Origin: an uncultured bacterium
GTDB taxonomy: Bacteria; Patescibacteriota; Minisyncoccia; Phycocordibacterales; PALSA-1337
Assembly: GCA_963701025.1 (NCBI GenBank)
Contig: OY969557.1
Location: forward strand, 36,849 to 100,848
Length of the DNA stretch: 64,000 bases
Reading direction: 5' to 3'
In this document: positions 28,701 to 40,901 of the stretch, in pieces
Position numbering within the stretch: position 1 is the stretch's first letter
Layout of the letters: every line of letters begins with the position of its first letter
Program-made: the position numbers and the translations under genes
Notes under the pieces: model-generated
Databases searched by the model: none
What the model saw: only the letters and a program-made list of their open reading frames with translations
What the model was told of the DNA's origin: nothing

Positions 28701-29375
28701 TCTACTTGCTGTACTTGTCGCCACCGTGCTCGAAGCCATCTTTGCAAGTTCCGGCATGAGCTTTTCGATATCGGCCAATGACTTCAAGCCGTATGTCGGC
28801 TTGTCGTGGATGACCAAGGCCGGGAATTCCGCCTTGACGCCGTATATGTTTTCCAGCGTTTGCACCGCCGAAACGGCCGAATTGTAATCGAACGAATAGA
28901 CGCGCACTTCGGGATAATCTTCCCGCAAGGCCGTGAGCACCGCGCCGGCGAGGGCACAGTCGGGACAATCGCCCTTATTCGAATAGAAATAGAGCACGAA
29001 GACCGGCTTGCCGCCGCATTTCTCCGTCATATTTTGCATGAGGATATAATCTTTTATCTCGAGAAGGGCGTATTCCTGCTTGAGCTGTATGACTTGAGGA
29101 TCATCTGATCCGCGGGTATTCTCCAGATACGACACCTGCGCGCCCAAGCCGTCCAATTCCTGCGACAGGGAAGAATTGCTCACGTCCTCGCACGGCGTCT
29201 CTTTCAATAGGTCGAACTGTGTCTCCGACGACAATATGTTCATGGAAATGCCGTCTTGGATGGATTTGATCTCGTTCACCCGCTGATTATCAAAATAATT
29301 ACTGACCAAGGTAACGCCGATGAATATGACGGCGGTGATGACGAAGGCGGTGAGGTATTTGCGGTAGGGATGCAT
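28695..29375 (-). CDS. membrane-anchored thioredoxin-fold thiol-disulfide oxidoreductase (CPDC motif)
   Basis: N-terminal TM helix, a coiled-coil segment, and a C-terminal VFVLYFYSNKGDCPDCA...EFPALVIHDKP thioredoxin-like region. Confidence 0.5.
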   Translation of the reverse strand: MHPYRKYLTAFVITAVIFIGVTLVSNYFDNQRVNEIKSIQDGISMNILSSETQFDLLKETPCEDVSNSSLSQELDGLGAQVSYLENTRGSDDPQVIQLKQEYALLEIKDYILMQNMTEKCGGKPVFVLYFYSNKGDCPDCALAGAVLTALREDYPEVRVYSFDYNSAVSAVQTLENIYGVKAEFPALVIHDKPTYGLKSLADIEKLMPELAKMASSTVATSTASRK

Positions 29376-29416
29376 GGGGAGACATTAACACATAATAGGT
29401 TATAATTAAAATCCCT

Positions 29417-29824
29417 ATGAACACCTTTCAATTATTTGCCGAGCCTTGGTGGGTGAACCTGGTTATCGTTATACCTTTTGCCGCCTATTTTTTCTGGCGT
29501 AAGAAAGGTCTATCTGTAACCTGGAATGTTTTGATTGCAGCGGCCATATTTGGCATGGCTTTTGGTTTCAACGAGGCGGTAGTAGTCGTCTATCTGCGAG
29601 GAGTTATCGGAGCTCTTCCCGGTCTTGTCAATAACAATGATTTTCTATCGGATCTATCACCGATATTCGCACAGATCGAGTTCTGGCGCGAAGCCGCGAC
29701 TATGGTCATGCTTGTGTGTATTGCCATGCTTTCAGTTAAGACCATACGAGAGCGCACGGCAGTCTTCCTGTGGACATTCGCCTTTTGGGATATCTTTTAC
29801 TATTTGCAAGAAAAAAGTAGCTGA
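29417..29824 (+). CDS. hypothetical integral membrane protein
   Basis: 135 aa, 4 predicted TM segments. Confidence 0.35.
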   Translation: MNTFQLFAEPWWVNLVIVIPFAAYFFWRKKGLSVTWNVLIAAAIFGMAFGFNEAVVVVYLRGVIGALPGLVNNNDFLSDLSPIFAQIEFWREAATMVMLVCIAMLSVKTIRERTAVFLWTFAFWDIFYYLQEKSS

Positions 29825-29931
29825 AGAATATCGCCTTGACACGCATGATATAATTGCATGCATGGCCGATAATCAAAAAATCAGATCATCAGCAATAAGG
29901 CGACGATGAGACCGCAAAGGAGTTCGAATCA

Positions 29932-30354
29932 TTGAAAGAGGCCGGTTGCATCGTCAAGACTAGAACAGTCTTTTCATACAAAAGACCGGACAAGACCATC
30001 TCCATAAAATGTGTCGGTTGTGGAAAAGATAACGCCGAAGTCGTGGACATGGGCTACAACCGAAAATCGAATTGTGATGTCGATCTGACCGTCGATGCTA
30101 TGGAATACGTCGGACCGGACAAAGAATTCTTGATCTTCACTGGTGACGGCGACTTTGATTATCTGATCGAGAGGCTCGTGAAAAAGGGCATAAAGGTCTA
30201 CATAGTATCTTCAAATGCCGGTATAAAGAAGCCTGGTCTTAACACCAGGAGGTTCTCTACAAGGTTGAAAGAAATTATAAAACAACATGAAAAAGGTAAA
30301 GTCGACCTGATCAACATCGATAGTTGGAAAATGAAGATACAGAAAGAGATATAA
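29932..30354 (+). CDS. NYN/LabA-like (PIN-like) domain protein, apparently lacking the N-terminal half of the domain; has a Cys4 cluster at the N-terminus
   Basis: NCDVDLTVDAMEYVGPDKEFLIFTGDGDFDYLIERLVKKGIKVYIVS matches the C-terminal half of NYN domains. The upstream frame closes at a stop at 29896. Confidence 0.45.
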   Translation: MKEAGCIVKTRTVFSYKRPDKTISIKCVGCGKDNAEVVDMGYNRKSNCDVDLTVDAMEYVGPDKEFLIFTGDGDFDYLIERLVKKGIKVYIVSSNAGIKKPGLNTRRFSTRLKEIIKQHEKGKVDLINIDSWKMKIQKEI

Positions 30355-30438
30355 ATACAAACCGCCACGAAGCGTGGCGGCCTGCGAATGACATTGAGTA
30401 TACTAGCAAAACAGGTGTCAAAAGTCAATAGGCGATAA

Positions 30439-31680
30439 TCACCTCCAACTCCCCACATTCTTCGTAACCGCCCGTCCCCACGATATCGCCACCCACACCG
30501 GCGCAAGGAAACCGTAGAGGAAGGCGTAGGCAAACATGTCACGCGACGGCTTCCATGAGCCGCTGGCTATGCGCTTGCCGAAGAAGATGAAGACGACGGC
30601 CATAGCGACGAGAGCCATGGTCAGCAGGCGGATCTCGGTGGTATTGAAGAAGAATAATTGGAAAGTCGGCCAATGCCATGACCAACCTATGAGCCGCCAG
30701 CGTTCGATGGTATCGGCGGCAGTCGTGGCGGCATTGACCAGGGAATATCCGGCGAAGAAGATGATTGTGACCAACGACAGGACGCCGGCAGGCAGGGTGA
30801 AGGTGCCTATCTGTCCGTGCCTGCGGCTGAATAGGAGATCGCGGTAATCGCGTAGGTTGAGCAGGAAGCCGGTCGTCCATCGGACGCGCTGTTTGACCAA
30901 AGCGCGCACGGTCGCCGGCGGCGTGGTGTAGACATACGCATGTTCCGCGTTTTCTATCTTCAAGTTGTGCCGATGCAGGCGAAGGGCCATCTCCAGATCC
31001 TCGGTATTGTGGGCGCTCTTGAAAGGTCCCACGATGCCGAAAACGGAGCGTCGGAACATGGAGAAAGGCCCGGGCGTGACGTGGATGGCATTCAAGGTGC
31101 TGTACATCTTGCGCAGGAATATGCCGATATTGTATTCGGCGTGCTGGATATGTTCCAGTATGTTCCGGGGCGACCGGACCTTTATGGCGGGAGTCACGGC
31201 CATGACGGCCGAGTCGGCGAACAAAGGCACCATCCGGTTCAGCGCCTCCGGATGTACGAAAGAATCTGCATCCAAGCAGCCGACTATGTCGCTCGCGCTA
31301 TTCTCTATGCCGAGATTGACGGCAGTATGCTTGCCCCCGTTTTTCTTTTGAAGGACCTTTATTTGCGGGTCATTTTCATATCTTTGGAGATAAGACAGCG
31401 TATCGTCCGTCGAGCCGTCATCAACGGCGATGATCGAGAGCTTGTCTTGCGGGTAATTCAATCTTTTCAGCGAGTCGATAGTTCCGACAATGGTGGCTTC
31501 TTCGTTGAAGCACGGGACGATGACGGAAACGGTCGGCAAGACGCCGTAATCGAACACGGCTTTGCTCGGCTTACTCTTCAAGCTATCGCGGTGCTCGATG
31601 AGGGTTATTATCAGGAATACCTGTATATATAGGGAAGCAAACAGGAATATCTCGACTGTAGTCGAAAGGACGGGATTCAT
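30439..31680 (-). CDS. family 2 glycosyltransferase, processive type (QxxRW), with flanking TM segments (PgaC/NodC/cellulose-synthase-like)
   Basis: VSVIVPCFNEE...AVDDGSTDDT...LDADSF (DxD)...QRVRWTTG. Confidence 0.75.
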   Translation of the reverse strand: MNPVLSTTVEIFLFASLYIQVFLIITLIEHRDSLKSKPSKAVFDYGVLPTVSVIVPCFNEEATIVGTIDSLKRLNYPQDKLSIIAVDDGSTDDTLSYLQRYENDPQIKVLQKKNGGKHTAVNLGIENSASDIVGCLDADSFVHPEALNRMVPLFADSAVMAVTPAIKVRSPRNILEHIQHAEYNIGIFLRKMYSTLNAIHVTPGPFSMFRRSVFGIVGPFKSAHNTEDLEMALRLHRHNLKIENAEHAYVYTTPPATVRALVKQRVRWTTGFLLNLRDYRDLLFSRRHGQIGTFTLPAGVLSLVTIIFFAGYSLVNAATTAADTIERWRLIGWSWHWPTFQLFFFNTTEIRLLTMALVAMAVVFIFFGKRIASGSWKPSRDMFAYAFLYGFLAPVWVAISWGRAVTKNVGSWR

Positions 31681-31763
31681 AGGGATAGATTGTATTACAA
31701 ATGCGCCATTTTTTCAATCACTAGGATTTGTACGGATGAAGGAAGCGTGATACATTTTCCTTC

Positions 31764-32906
31764 ATGAGAAAGGTCATCACCATCACCGACCCGAAGGAAA
31801 AGGAGCTTCTGGCGCGGCTCGAAAAACAGACCGACTTCAAAAGTCTGCGCATCAAGAGGCTTTTGGCTTTGCCGGACTTGACCAAGAAATCTCATTCGCC
31901 GGTCAAGATCTTGGTCGACCAAATATTGAAATTGCCGCGCTTCGAGGATTTCGATATCGTGGATTTCCCGCGTATAGTCACTGTCGAGCAGGACTTCGAC
32001 CTATTGAACACGCCGAAAGAACATCCTAGCAGAAAGGAAACGGACACGTATTATCTCAACGATAAATATCTTTTGAGGACGCAGATGACGGCGTTCTGGT
32101 CTTTTTATTTGAAAGACGAGGAAGTCTTGAAAAGGCTCGAAACGGAAGGGGAGATAAAGGCTTTGGCACCTGGCATAGTCTACAGAAAAGACGAAATAGA
32201 CCGCCATCATTTTCCGGCTTTTCACCAGATAGACGGTCTGCTTATCTGCAAGAAGACAAAGAGGGTCATCACCCAGGATGATCTGAAGGATGTTCAGGCC
32301 GATCTGGCGAAAGGAATATTCGGTGCGGACATCAAGTACCAATTCTTGGACGATGAATTTCCGTATACGGTTGAAAGTCTCGAGATGGACATCATGTTCA
32401 ACGGAAAGTGGCTCGAAGTCAACGGCGCCGGCCTGGTCAATCCCGTGGTCTTGAAGAATTTCGGCCTTAACCCGGAGATATACAATGGCTGGGCCTTCGG
32501 CTTCGGCGATAGATTGGCCATGATAAAAATGGGCATCCCTGATATCCGCATCCTCTGGTCCGAAGACCCACGCATCACCGGACAATTCAAGGATATAGAC
32601 AGTAAGTTCAAGGAAGTCAGCAAATATCCGTCCACTCTGCGCGATATATCGTTTATCGTGGACAAGAGCGTCAGCTTGAACAATTATTATGAGATCGTGC
32701 GCGAATATGCCGGAAATCTGATCGAAGAGGTGAAACTTCTGGACAAGTATGAAAACGCAGAAAAATTTGGCGAGGATAAGACCAGCTACACCTTCCGTAT
32801 CGTCTATTGCTCGCCTGAGAGGACTCTGACCAATGAAGAGGTGAATGTCGTACAGGAAAAGATCATAGATAAGACCAAGGTGGAATTAAAAGCGATTGTG
32901 AGATAA
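31764..32906 (+). CDS. pheS: phenylalanine--tRNA ligase alpha subunit fused to a C-terminal FDX-ACB anticodon-binding domain (mitochondrial-type monomeric PheRS architecture)
   Basis: PheS motifs HPSRKETDTYYL, LLRTQMTA, YRKDEIDRHHFPAFHQIDGL and GWAFGFGDRLAMIKMGIPDIR are present. Then comes KYPSTLRDISFIVDKSV...YTFRIVYCSPERTLTNEEVNVVQEKII, which matches the FDX-ACB domain normally found at the C-terminus of PheT. No pheT gene is adjacent. Confidence 0.75.
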   Translation: MRKVITITDPKEKELLARLEKQTDFKSLRIKRLLALPDLTKKSHSPVKILVDQILKLPRFEDFDIVDFPRIVTVEQDFDLLNTPKEHPSRKETDTYYLNDKYLLRTQMTAFWSFYLKDEEVLKRLETEGEIKALAPGIVYRKDEIDRHHFPAFHQIDGLLICKKTKRVITQDDLKDVQADLAKGIFGADIKYQFLDDEFPYTVESLEMDIMFNGKWLEVNGAGLVNPVVLKNFGLNPEIYNGWAFGFGDRLAMIKMGIPDIRILWSEDPRITGQFKDIDSKFKEVSKYPSTLRDISFIVDKSVSLNNYYEIVREYAGNLIEEVKLLDKYENAEKFGEDKTSYTFRIVYCSPERTLTNEEVNVVQEKIIDKTKVELKAIVR

Positions 32907-33554
32907 ATTAAAAATACCTCTCCGTATGGTGGTGGAGAGGGCGATAAATACAAAATATAAATGATTAGGGCCCGGTCCGCTTCGACTTGGTGTCGTGCGC
33001 TACCGGGACCCCGTCTCGTGCTGTATTTGCTCGAAGGATGTGATTGCCCAAGCAAATTCGGCGGGCGTAACATCAATCGAATTCCTCATTCGCTTTGCAT
33101 AGCGAAGGGCACCTCGGAGATCAGACAACAGTTGCAATACATGTCATCTGGTCAGGTGGACCGACGGTTTTCAAATGAGCCTCCCCAGCGTTCGCACCAA
33201 CCTGGCGCGATTTAGAGGGGGTTCCCATGAACCGTCACAGCACATGGCCTTGCTACTTTTGCCGATGAACATCGCGCGTCACAATTGACCGCACGGTGAC
33301 CAAATAAACCTAGAACTCAAGCTCCCTGGTCACTTAGGTTTCAAGGTAACTTAAGCTTCGTACGATAGTGTAACATACCCACATCATTTGTCAAGCCCTA
33401 AAATAAATCAATCATCTACACACCTCAAACAGGTCCACAATGTGTATAAGAATCCCTTTATTTTAAGCCACATTTTCACTATTTTGAGGCGTGCATTTTA
33501 GGTTTGAATTTGGTACAATGAGGGCACAAAAGCTTTCCGCTTTTTTCGTTATAG

Positions 33555-35779
<2,225 letters not shown>

Positions 35780-36082
35780 GATTGATAATTATTTTGTTAA
35801 ATAGACGCTTAGGATCCAGCACAACAAGGACAATATTACGCCCCCGGCAACCAATATAAAGTTTGCACTATGCCCGACGATAGGTTCGATCAGGATTGAG
35901 GCAAAGAAAACCTGACCGACGTCGTTCAATACGTCTTTGATGGTCTCGCTTCTTTTCTGTGTGATAAAAATCATTGAACGACGGGCATATGTTAACGAAC
36001 TAAGACGTGACCTGACCAGTCACGCCATAATGATATTCCCTAAAAATTTTCAGTCAATATGTACTGGCGGATTAAATTGTGA

Positions 36083-36568
36083 TCAAATCGTCTTCACCTT
36101 CAATTTCGACTCGCGCTTCTTGTCGAGCCTCGGCAATTTCAATATGAGAAGGCCATGCTTCTCGACGGCCTCGGCTTCATCGACGTCTATCTCTTCAGGC
36201 AGGGAAACGGTGCGGGAGAACGAGCCCCAGTAGAGTTCGCGGGTCAAGTAGTCGCCTTCGCCGGCTACGCGTTCCTCCTCGCGATGGCCGCGGATAGTGA
36301 CCAGGTCGCGAGTGATGGATACGTCGAGGTCTTCCGGCCGCACTCCGGCGATCATGCTCTTGACCACGATCATCTCCGGCGTCTGATAGACGTCTACGGT
36401 GAGCTCGCCGTCGCTCTCGGTCTCCTCCATCCACGAGTCGCCTTCCACGGAGAGCTTCCGACCGCCGTTGCCGTTATGGCTGGCCTTTTTGACTGATGAA
36501 GGAGCGTCGTCTTCCATGCGCACCGCGCCGGTCAACCGCTCGAAGAATGATCTCTTGTCTTTGGTCAT
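36083..36568 (-). CDS. Hsp20/alpha-crystallin family small heat-shock protein
   Basis: LTVDVYQTPEMIVVKSMIAGVRPEDLDVSITRDLVTIRG...GSFSRTVSLPEEIDVDEAEAVEKHGLLILKLPR. Confidence 0.8.
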   Translation of the reverse strand: MTKDKRSFFERLTGAVRMEDDAPSSVKKASHNGNGGRKLSVEGDSWMEETESDGELTVDVYQTPEMIVVKSMIAGVRPEDLDVSITRDLVTIRGHREEERVAGEGDYLTRELYWGSFSRTVSLPEEIDVDEAEAVEKHGLLILKLPRLDKKRESKLKVKTI

Positions 36569-37257
36569 GATAGTTGTGGATGGACTGCTTTTATCTCTTC
36601 AAATAATATGATGACTATGACCACCGCGCCCCAGACCCAGCCGAAAGTCTTCAGGGTATCAGTGGAATTTGCGCTTATTATAGACAAATTGAAGGCCGCG
36701 TGCAATGCGATGGCCCCTGCAAGGCCGACAATGGCGGCCAGCGATTTGGCTATATAGCGGTGATAGAAGGCGTAGCCCAGCGTGAAGCCGATGAAGCTCG
36801 ACGATACCACGTGGACCAGGGTAGCCCCGATGAAGCGCATATTGCCGGTGACGATGGCCTGGGAGACGGCGCCGTTCGACAGGGGCCCCAAGATGAAAAG
36901 GGTGTTCTCCACCGCGGCGAAGCCGAGAGCGACCGTGGCGCAATAGATCATGGCGTCGATAGGTTCTTCATTCGCCCGGGTGTGGAGAGCTACGGCCATG
37001 ACCACGATGAATTTCAGGATCTCCTCCGTCGCCGCCCAGAGCGTGTAGCGAAGCGAAATATCCGAAACGGCGTCGGCGATGGCTTTCTCGGCGAATACGG
37101 CGATGATGACCGCCGCCATGCCGCCCAGGAAACAGCCGAATATGATACTGCGGTGGCGTCTGTGCGCTTGATCTTCGTGGACGAAGAAGAAGAGCCAGAG
37201 AAGAGAAGGCAGGAGTCCGGCGATGAGAGAGTAAAGGAAGGAGTTAAAGGCCATATT
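36565..37257 (-). CDS. PrsW-family intramembrane protease
   Basis: Multi-TM with an EExxK (ATEEILKF) motif and AAVENTLF / LHAAFN motifs. It overlaps the hsp20 start (ATGA), so the two form a likely operon. Confidence 0.6.
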   Translation of the reverse strand, partial: NMAFNSFLYSLIAGLLPSLLWLFFFVHEDQAHRRHRSIIFGCFLGGMAAVIIAVFAEKAIADAVSDISLRYTLWAATEEILKFIVVMAVALHTRANEEPIDAMIYCATVALGFAAVENTLFILGPLSNGAVSQAIVTGNMRFIGATLVHVVSSSFIGFTLGYAFYHRYIAKSLAAIVGLAGAIALHAAFNLSIISANSTDTLKTFGWVWGAVVIVIILFEEIKAVHPQLS

Positions 37258-37423
37258 GGCTCTATTATACGATTTTCGCCGCCGGTATGCATGGGCTTGA
37301 CAATATAACCTATCTTTGATAGAAAGAGGGCTGAAATAATTTAGGCACAAATATCAGGAATCGGAGTTTGCCGTGTGGCAATATCTTCAGGAACTGAAAT
37401 TTGATGGCAACACACATTGACAT

Positions 37424-38446
37424 ATGAAAAAGAACAGTCTCCCCATGACGGGGAAATCGGTCGTTGCTATTCTGGCGACCTTGGTTTCCATAACCTTCGC
37501 AATCCAACCCGCTTTGGTACGGGCCACCAACGTCTCGTGGTTCTCGGTACCGGTATCGCTTCCCAATGACGCGAGTCCGCCGTTCCCGACTGCACGCGAC
37601 CTGTTGCTGAATGGGCTTGCGCTTCACGGCGGCAATCCCATCGCCACCGGCTCCCGTTCGAATAATGCCGCGGGAGTCGAGCTCAAGAGCTGCTTCGAAG
37701 CCGGCGACGCCATCGTCGTCGACCCGAACCAGACGACGAATCGGATATGGCGCGGAGTTCTGAACTTATCCAATCCCTTCTATACCAACCTCTTGGGCAA
37801 TCGTATCTATGACACGGTCCTCGTGGTTGGGAACGGACAAAAAGTCTCGTTACGCGGCTTGAGTTGCAGCGTCATCGACACTGGCGGTGTGATGGATAAC
37901 AACACTTCGTTGATAACCAACGACATGAGCGTGAGCAGGATCGGCATCATTCGCGGTTCACAAGGCGGATTGTACGATAATGACGCCCAGGTCCTCACGT
38001 CTGGTTCCGGCGATATGCAAGTTGATGCCATCTTGTGGATTGGCGCCCGGGCAGCCGTAAGCGTTACGAGCCAAACCGGCATTGACGCTTTCAACGCCTA
38101 CATCGGGACGGGAAAGACCATAAGGTTCGTCTATTCCTACACGGGGACAAACAATTCCGGGACATACACCGAAAAATACGAGCGGGATGCGTATCTCTTT
38201 CAGCAGGGTCAGATTCCAGCGCGTTGCCAGGGGATGGAAATATTCCTTATGTCCGGTGGTGAACTGTTCTCACTCGTCAACTTCAGTGAGGCCGACACCT
38301 TCACGGTCTGGACCGGTCGAAATCTGCTTATTCCATTGGGTCTGCAGACGACAATCGCCACGACTGGTTTCTCGGTCATGATCCCGTTCACATACAATGG
38401 GACGAATGATCAGGGGTATGTTCACTGCGTACTAAATACTCCGTAA
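37424..38446 (+). CDS. secreted hypothetical protein (signal peptide, beta-rich)
   Basis: An N-terminal signal peptide, then a Gly/Thr/Asn-rich sequence. No recognised domain. Confidence 0.4.
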   Translation: MKKNSLPMTGKSVVAILATLVSITFAIQPALVRATNVSWFSVPVSLPNDASPPFPTARDLLLNGLALHGGNPIATGSRSNNAAGVELKSCFEAGDAIVVDPNQTTNRIWRGVLNLSNPFYTNLLGNRIYDTVLVVGNGQKVSLRGLSCSVIDTGGVMDNNTSLITNDMSVSRIGIIRGSQGGLYDNDAQVLTSGSGDMQVDAILWIGARAAVSVTSQTGIDAFNAYIGTGKTIRFVYSYTGTNNSGTYTEKYERDAYLFQQGQIPARCQGMEIFLMSGGELFSLVNFSEADTFTVWTGRNLLIPLGLQTTIATTGFSVMIPFTYNGTNDQGYVHCVLNTP

Positions 38447-38469
38447 ATTCAGCCTGTTTGCTCATTACA

Positions 38470-38505
38470 CACATGCAAAGCCGCCCCCGAGCGACTTTGC
38501 ATTTT
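38470..38505 (+). terminator. rho-independent terminator (atgcaaag-N14-ctttgcat + ttttt)
   Basis: Perfect 8-bp stem followed by a T-run. Confidence 0.65.
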
Positions 38506-38593
38506 TACTTGACAAAGTTATGTTTTATGATAGAGTCGAAATCTCTCTGAACAAGAGTATTATAAATCAATGAGTCATTACTATATAACTATT

Positions 38594-39589
38594 ATGAAGA
38601 ATAAATTGAATATTCTCGCTGGCATGGGCATTTTGGGCGCCACGGCCCTCTGCTTGGCCTTTTCTTATCCAATTATAACTCTTGCGTCCGATGACGCTTC
38701 AGCCAGTTTTAGCTCTGATTCTTCGACGAACCTGAATCAGGATGCTGTCCCTGCCGCCATTATTCCAAGCCCGGTCACTCCTGATCCGTCTACGACCCTT
38801 AATCAGGATTCGACGGGAAGTTTTACGTCTGATCCTTCTACCAATTTGAATCAAGACGCGGCCGGCAGTTTCTCTTCAGATCCTTCGACAAATCTGAATC
38901 AGGATAGCTCAGGCTCGACTGTTCCTCCCGCCACCCCTCCTTCTAACGGAGGCGGTTCAAGCTCGTCTTCCGGCGGCTCATCCGTCTCCGGTAGCGGTTC
39001 ATCTGGCAGCGGCTCTTTCCTCGGCGGCTCCGGTAGCAGTGGCGGCTTTGTCCCGCTCGCTTTCGTGGCCTCATCTGCCACGACATCGTGTCCGCTCATC
39101 ACTTCATATCTCCAATTCGGCGCGGATAATGACGGTTCACAAGTGGCCAAGCTTCAGGCCTTCCTCAAGGATAGCCAGGGCCTCGACGTCGCCGTGACCG
39201 GTACCTTCGACCAGAAGACCGAGGACGCGGTCAAGGCATTCCAGGTGAAATATCTCCCCGATGTCATGGGCCCGTGGGGCGCCACGCAAGGCTCCGGATT
39301 TGTCTATATCACTACCTCCAAGAAGATCAACGAGCTCGCCTGTAACGCGCCGCTCACTTTGACTCCTGGTGAGACCGCTATCATCAATGCGTACAAGAAC
39401 GCGGAAGCCAACGGCCAGAATGGAACCAGCACTGTCGGTCCTGCCGTTCCGGGCACGCTGAACGCGACCGGCACGCCGCTTATCGGCGTCGCTCCGGGTA
39501 ACAGCGCTAATAACCAGGCCAATACGGCATCCGTCGTGAATGCCTCGATCCTCCAGCGTCTCTGGAGCTTCATCAAAGGCCTCTTCTAA
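38594..39589 (+). CDS. secreted protein with tandem S-x-SD-x-STNLNQD repeats, a Gly/Ser linker and a putative peptidoglycan-binding (PG_binding_1-like) domain
   Basis: Signal peptide; four ~13-aa repeats encoded by 42-bp tandem DNA repeats (38690-38900); QVAKLQAFLKDSQGLDVAVTGTFDQKTEDAVKAFQVKY. Confidence 0.5.
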   Translation: MKNKLNILAGMGILGATALCLAFSYPIITLASDDASASFSSDSSTNLNQDAVPAAIIPSPVTPDPSTTLNQDSTGSFTSDPSTNLNQDAAGSFSSDPSTNLNQDSSGSTVPPATPPSNGGGSSSSSGGSSVSGSGSSGSGSFLGGSGSSGGFVPLAFVASSATTSCPLITSYLQFGADNDGSQVAKLQAFLKDSQGLDVAVTGTFDQKTEDAVKAFQVKYLPDVMGPWGATQGSGFVYITTSKKINELACNAPLTLTPGETAIINAYKNAEANGQNGTSTVGPAVPGTLNATGTPLIGVAPGNSANNQANTASVVNASILQRLWSFIKGLF

Positions 39590-39613
39590 AAGACTTAATT
39601 CTCTAAAGATGGA

Positions 39614-40828
39614 CTAGGCCAATTTCTTTGTCCCGTCCGCGCGAAGCTCTCGACTACCGGTCGTGTCCATGTTTAAACTGCCCGCTATGGCGATCATGAG
39701 AGCGTTATCGCCGGATATGTGCCGCGATGGCATAAACAAAGGGATATCATATTCCTTCGCTACGCTCTCAAATCGCGCCCGCAGGACATGGTTGGCCGCC
39801 ACGCCACCGCCGATCGCGATGGCGCGTGCGCCGATCTTGTCCACTGCCGCCCGTAGTTTTGCGTCGAGAACGTCGGCTACCGCCTGTTCGAATTCGTATG
39901 ACAAGCCCTTCTTGAATGTATCCGAAAGCGTTTCGCCGTTCTTCTTCACTTCGTCGCGAACGGTATAGAGTACCGCTGTCTTGAGGCCGGAAAACGAGAA
40001 GTCCAGATCGCCGCTTTTGATCATCGGCCGCGGCAATTTTATCTGCAAAGCGGCCACCGCTTCATGAAGGGCTCCATGACGCGAGGCCTGACAGGCTTCA
40101 TGCGCGAGTCTGGCAATATGCGGTCCGCCGGGATAAGGCAAGCCGAGAAGCCGCGCGGCCTTGTCGAAAGCTTCTCCCACGGCGTCGTCTTTGGTCTGGC
40201 CGATAATGTCATACTTGCCGATAGGTTTGATCGAGACCAATTCTGTATGTCCACCGCTTATCAAAAGGGCGATAGCCGGAAGAGGAAGCTCTTTCAACTT
40301 TTGCCACGCGCCGTACGGCTCATCGGAAGCGAGGAGCGACCCGACGATATGACCCTCCATGTGGTCGATCGGAATGATGGGAATACCCCATAGTGCGCCC
40401 AAGACTCTGGCAAAATTGATGCCAACCCACAATGCCGGCTCCAGACCAGGGCCCTCGGTCACTGCGATCGAGTCTATGGCCGGTATATTTTTCAGGAAAT
40501 CGGCGTGTATCAGTGATTCATATAGATCGGGATTGGACTTTTCTAGTTCTGGCTCGAATGAGTCGAGGATGTCTTTGAATCGTCCGTCCGTCAGCTTGCC
40601 TCGCGTAGGAATGTCTTCCAAGATCCTTTCCAGCAATGGCGCTAGATTCTTGCCGTGCTCGCGCTTGGCAAGAGTAGGGAAGACGCCGCCATATGCGCTG
40701 TGAAGCTCCGCCTGCGAATGCACCAGCGATTGGATAACGCGGCATTCGAGCCCATCATTCGTGCCGCGCGCCTCTATGAGAGCGAGCGCCGTCTCATCGC
40801 ATGAGGTTTCGATGCCCAAGATGATCAT
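39614..40828 (-). CDS. tsaD: tRNA N6-adenosine threonylcarbamoyltransferase TsaD (Kae1/Gcp family)
   Basis: MIILGIETSCDETALALI...HMEGHI...GGVAANHVLR. Confidence 0.8.
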   Translation of the reverse strand: MIILGIETSCDETALALIEARGTNDGLECRVIQSLVHSQAELHSAYGGVFPTLAKREHGKNLAPLLERILEDIPTRGKLTDGRFKDILDSFEPELEKSNPDLYESLIHADFLKNIPAIDSIAVTEGPGLEPALWVGINFARVLGALWGIPIIPIDHMEGHIVGSLLASDEPYGAWQKLKELPLPAIALLISGGHTELVSIKPIGKYDIIGQTKDDAVGEAFDKAARLLGLPYPGGPHIARLAHEACQASRHGALHEAVAALQIKLPRPMIKSGDLDFSFSGLKTAVLYTVRDEVKKNGETLSDTFKKGLSYEFEQAVADVLDAKLRAAVDKIGARAIAIGGGVAANHVLRARFESVAKEYDIPLFMPSRHISGDNALMIAIAGSLNMDTTGSRELRADGTKKLA

Positions 40829-40901
40829 ATAGAAATTATCTTTGTGCGCGCTGTGGGACGATATTAGAACGGAATTAACAGAAAATTCTACACCTATCTT
40901 T

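Noticed and set aside
33100-33230. Possible SRP RNA or tmRNA in the gyrB upstream gap (ggtcaggtggaccgacgg resembles the SRP helix-8 region)
   Set aside because: Lacks the GGAAGGAAGCAGC (GNAR tetraloop) core of 4.5S RNA and the tRNA-like ends of tmRNA. Left as an unassigned non-coding region.
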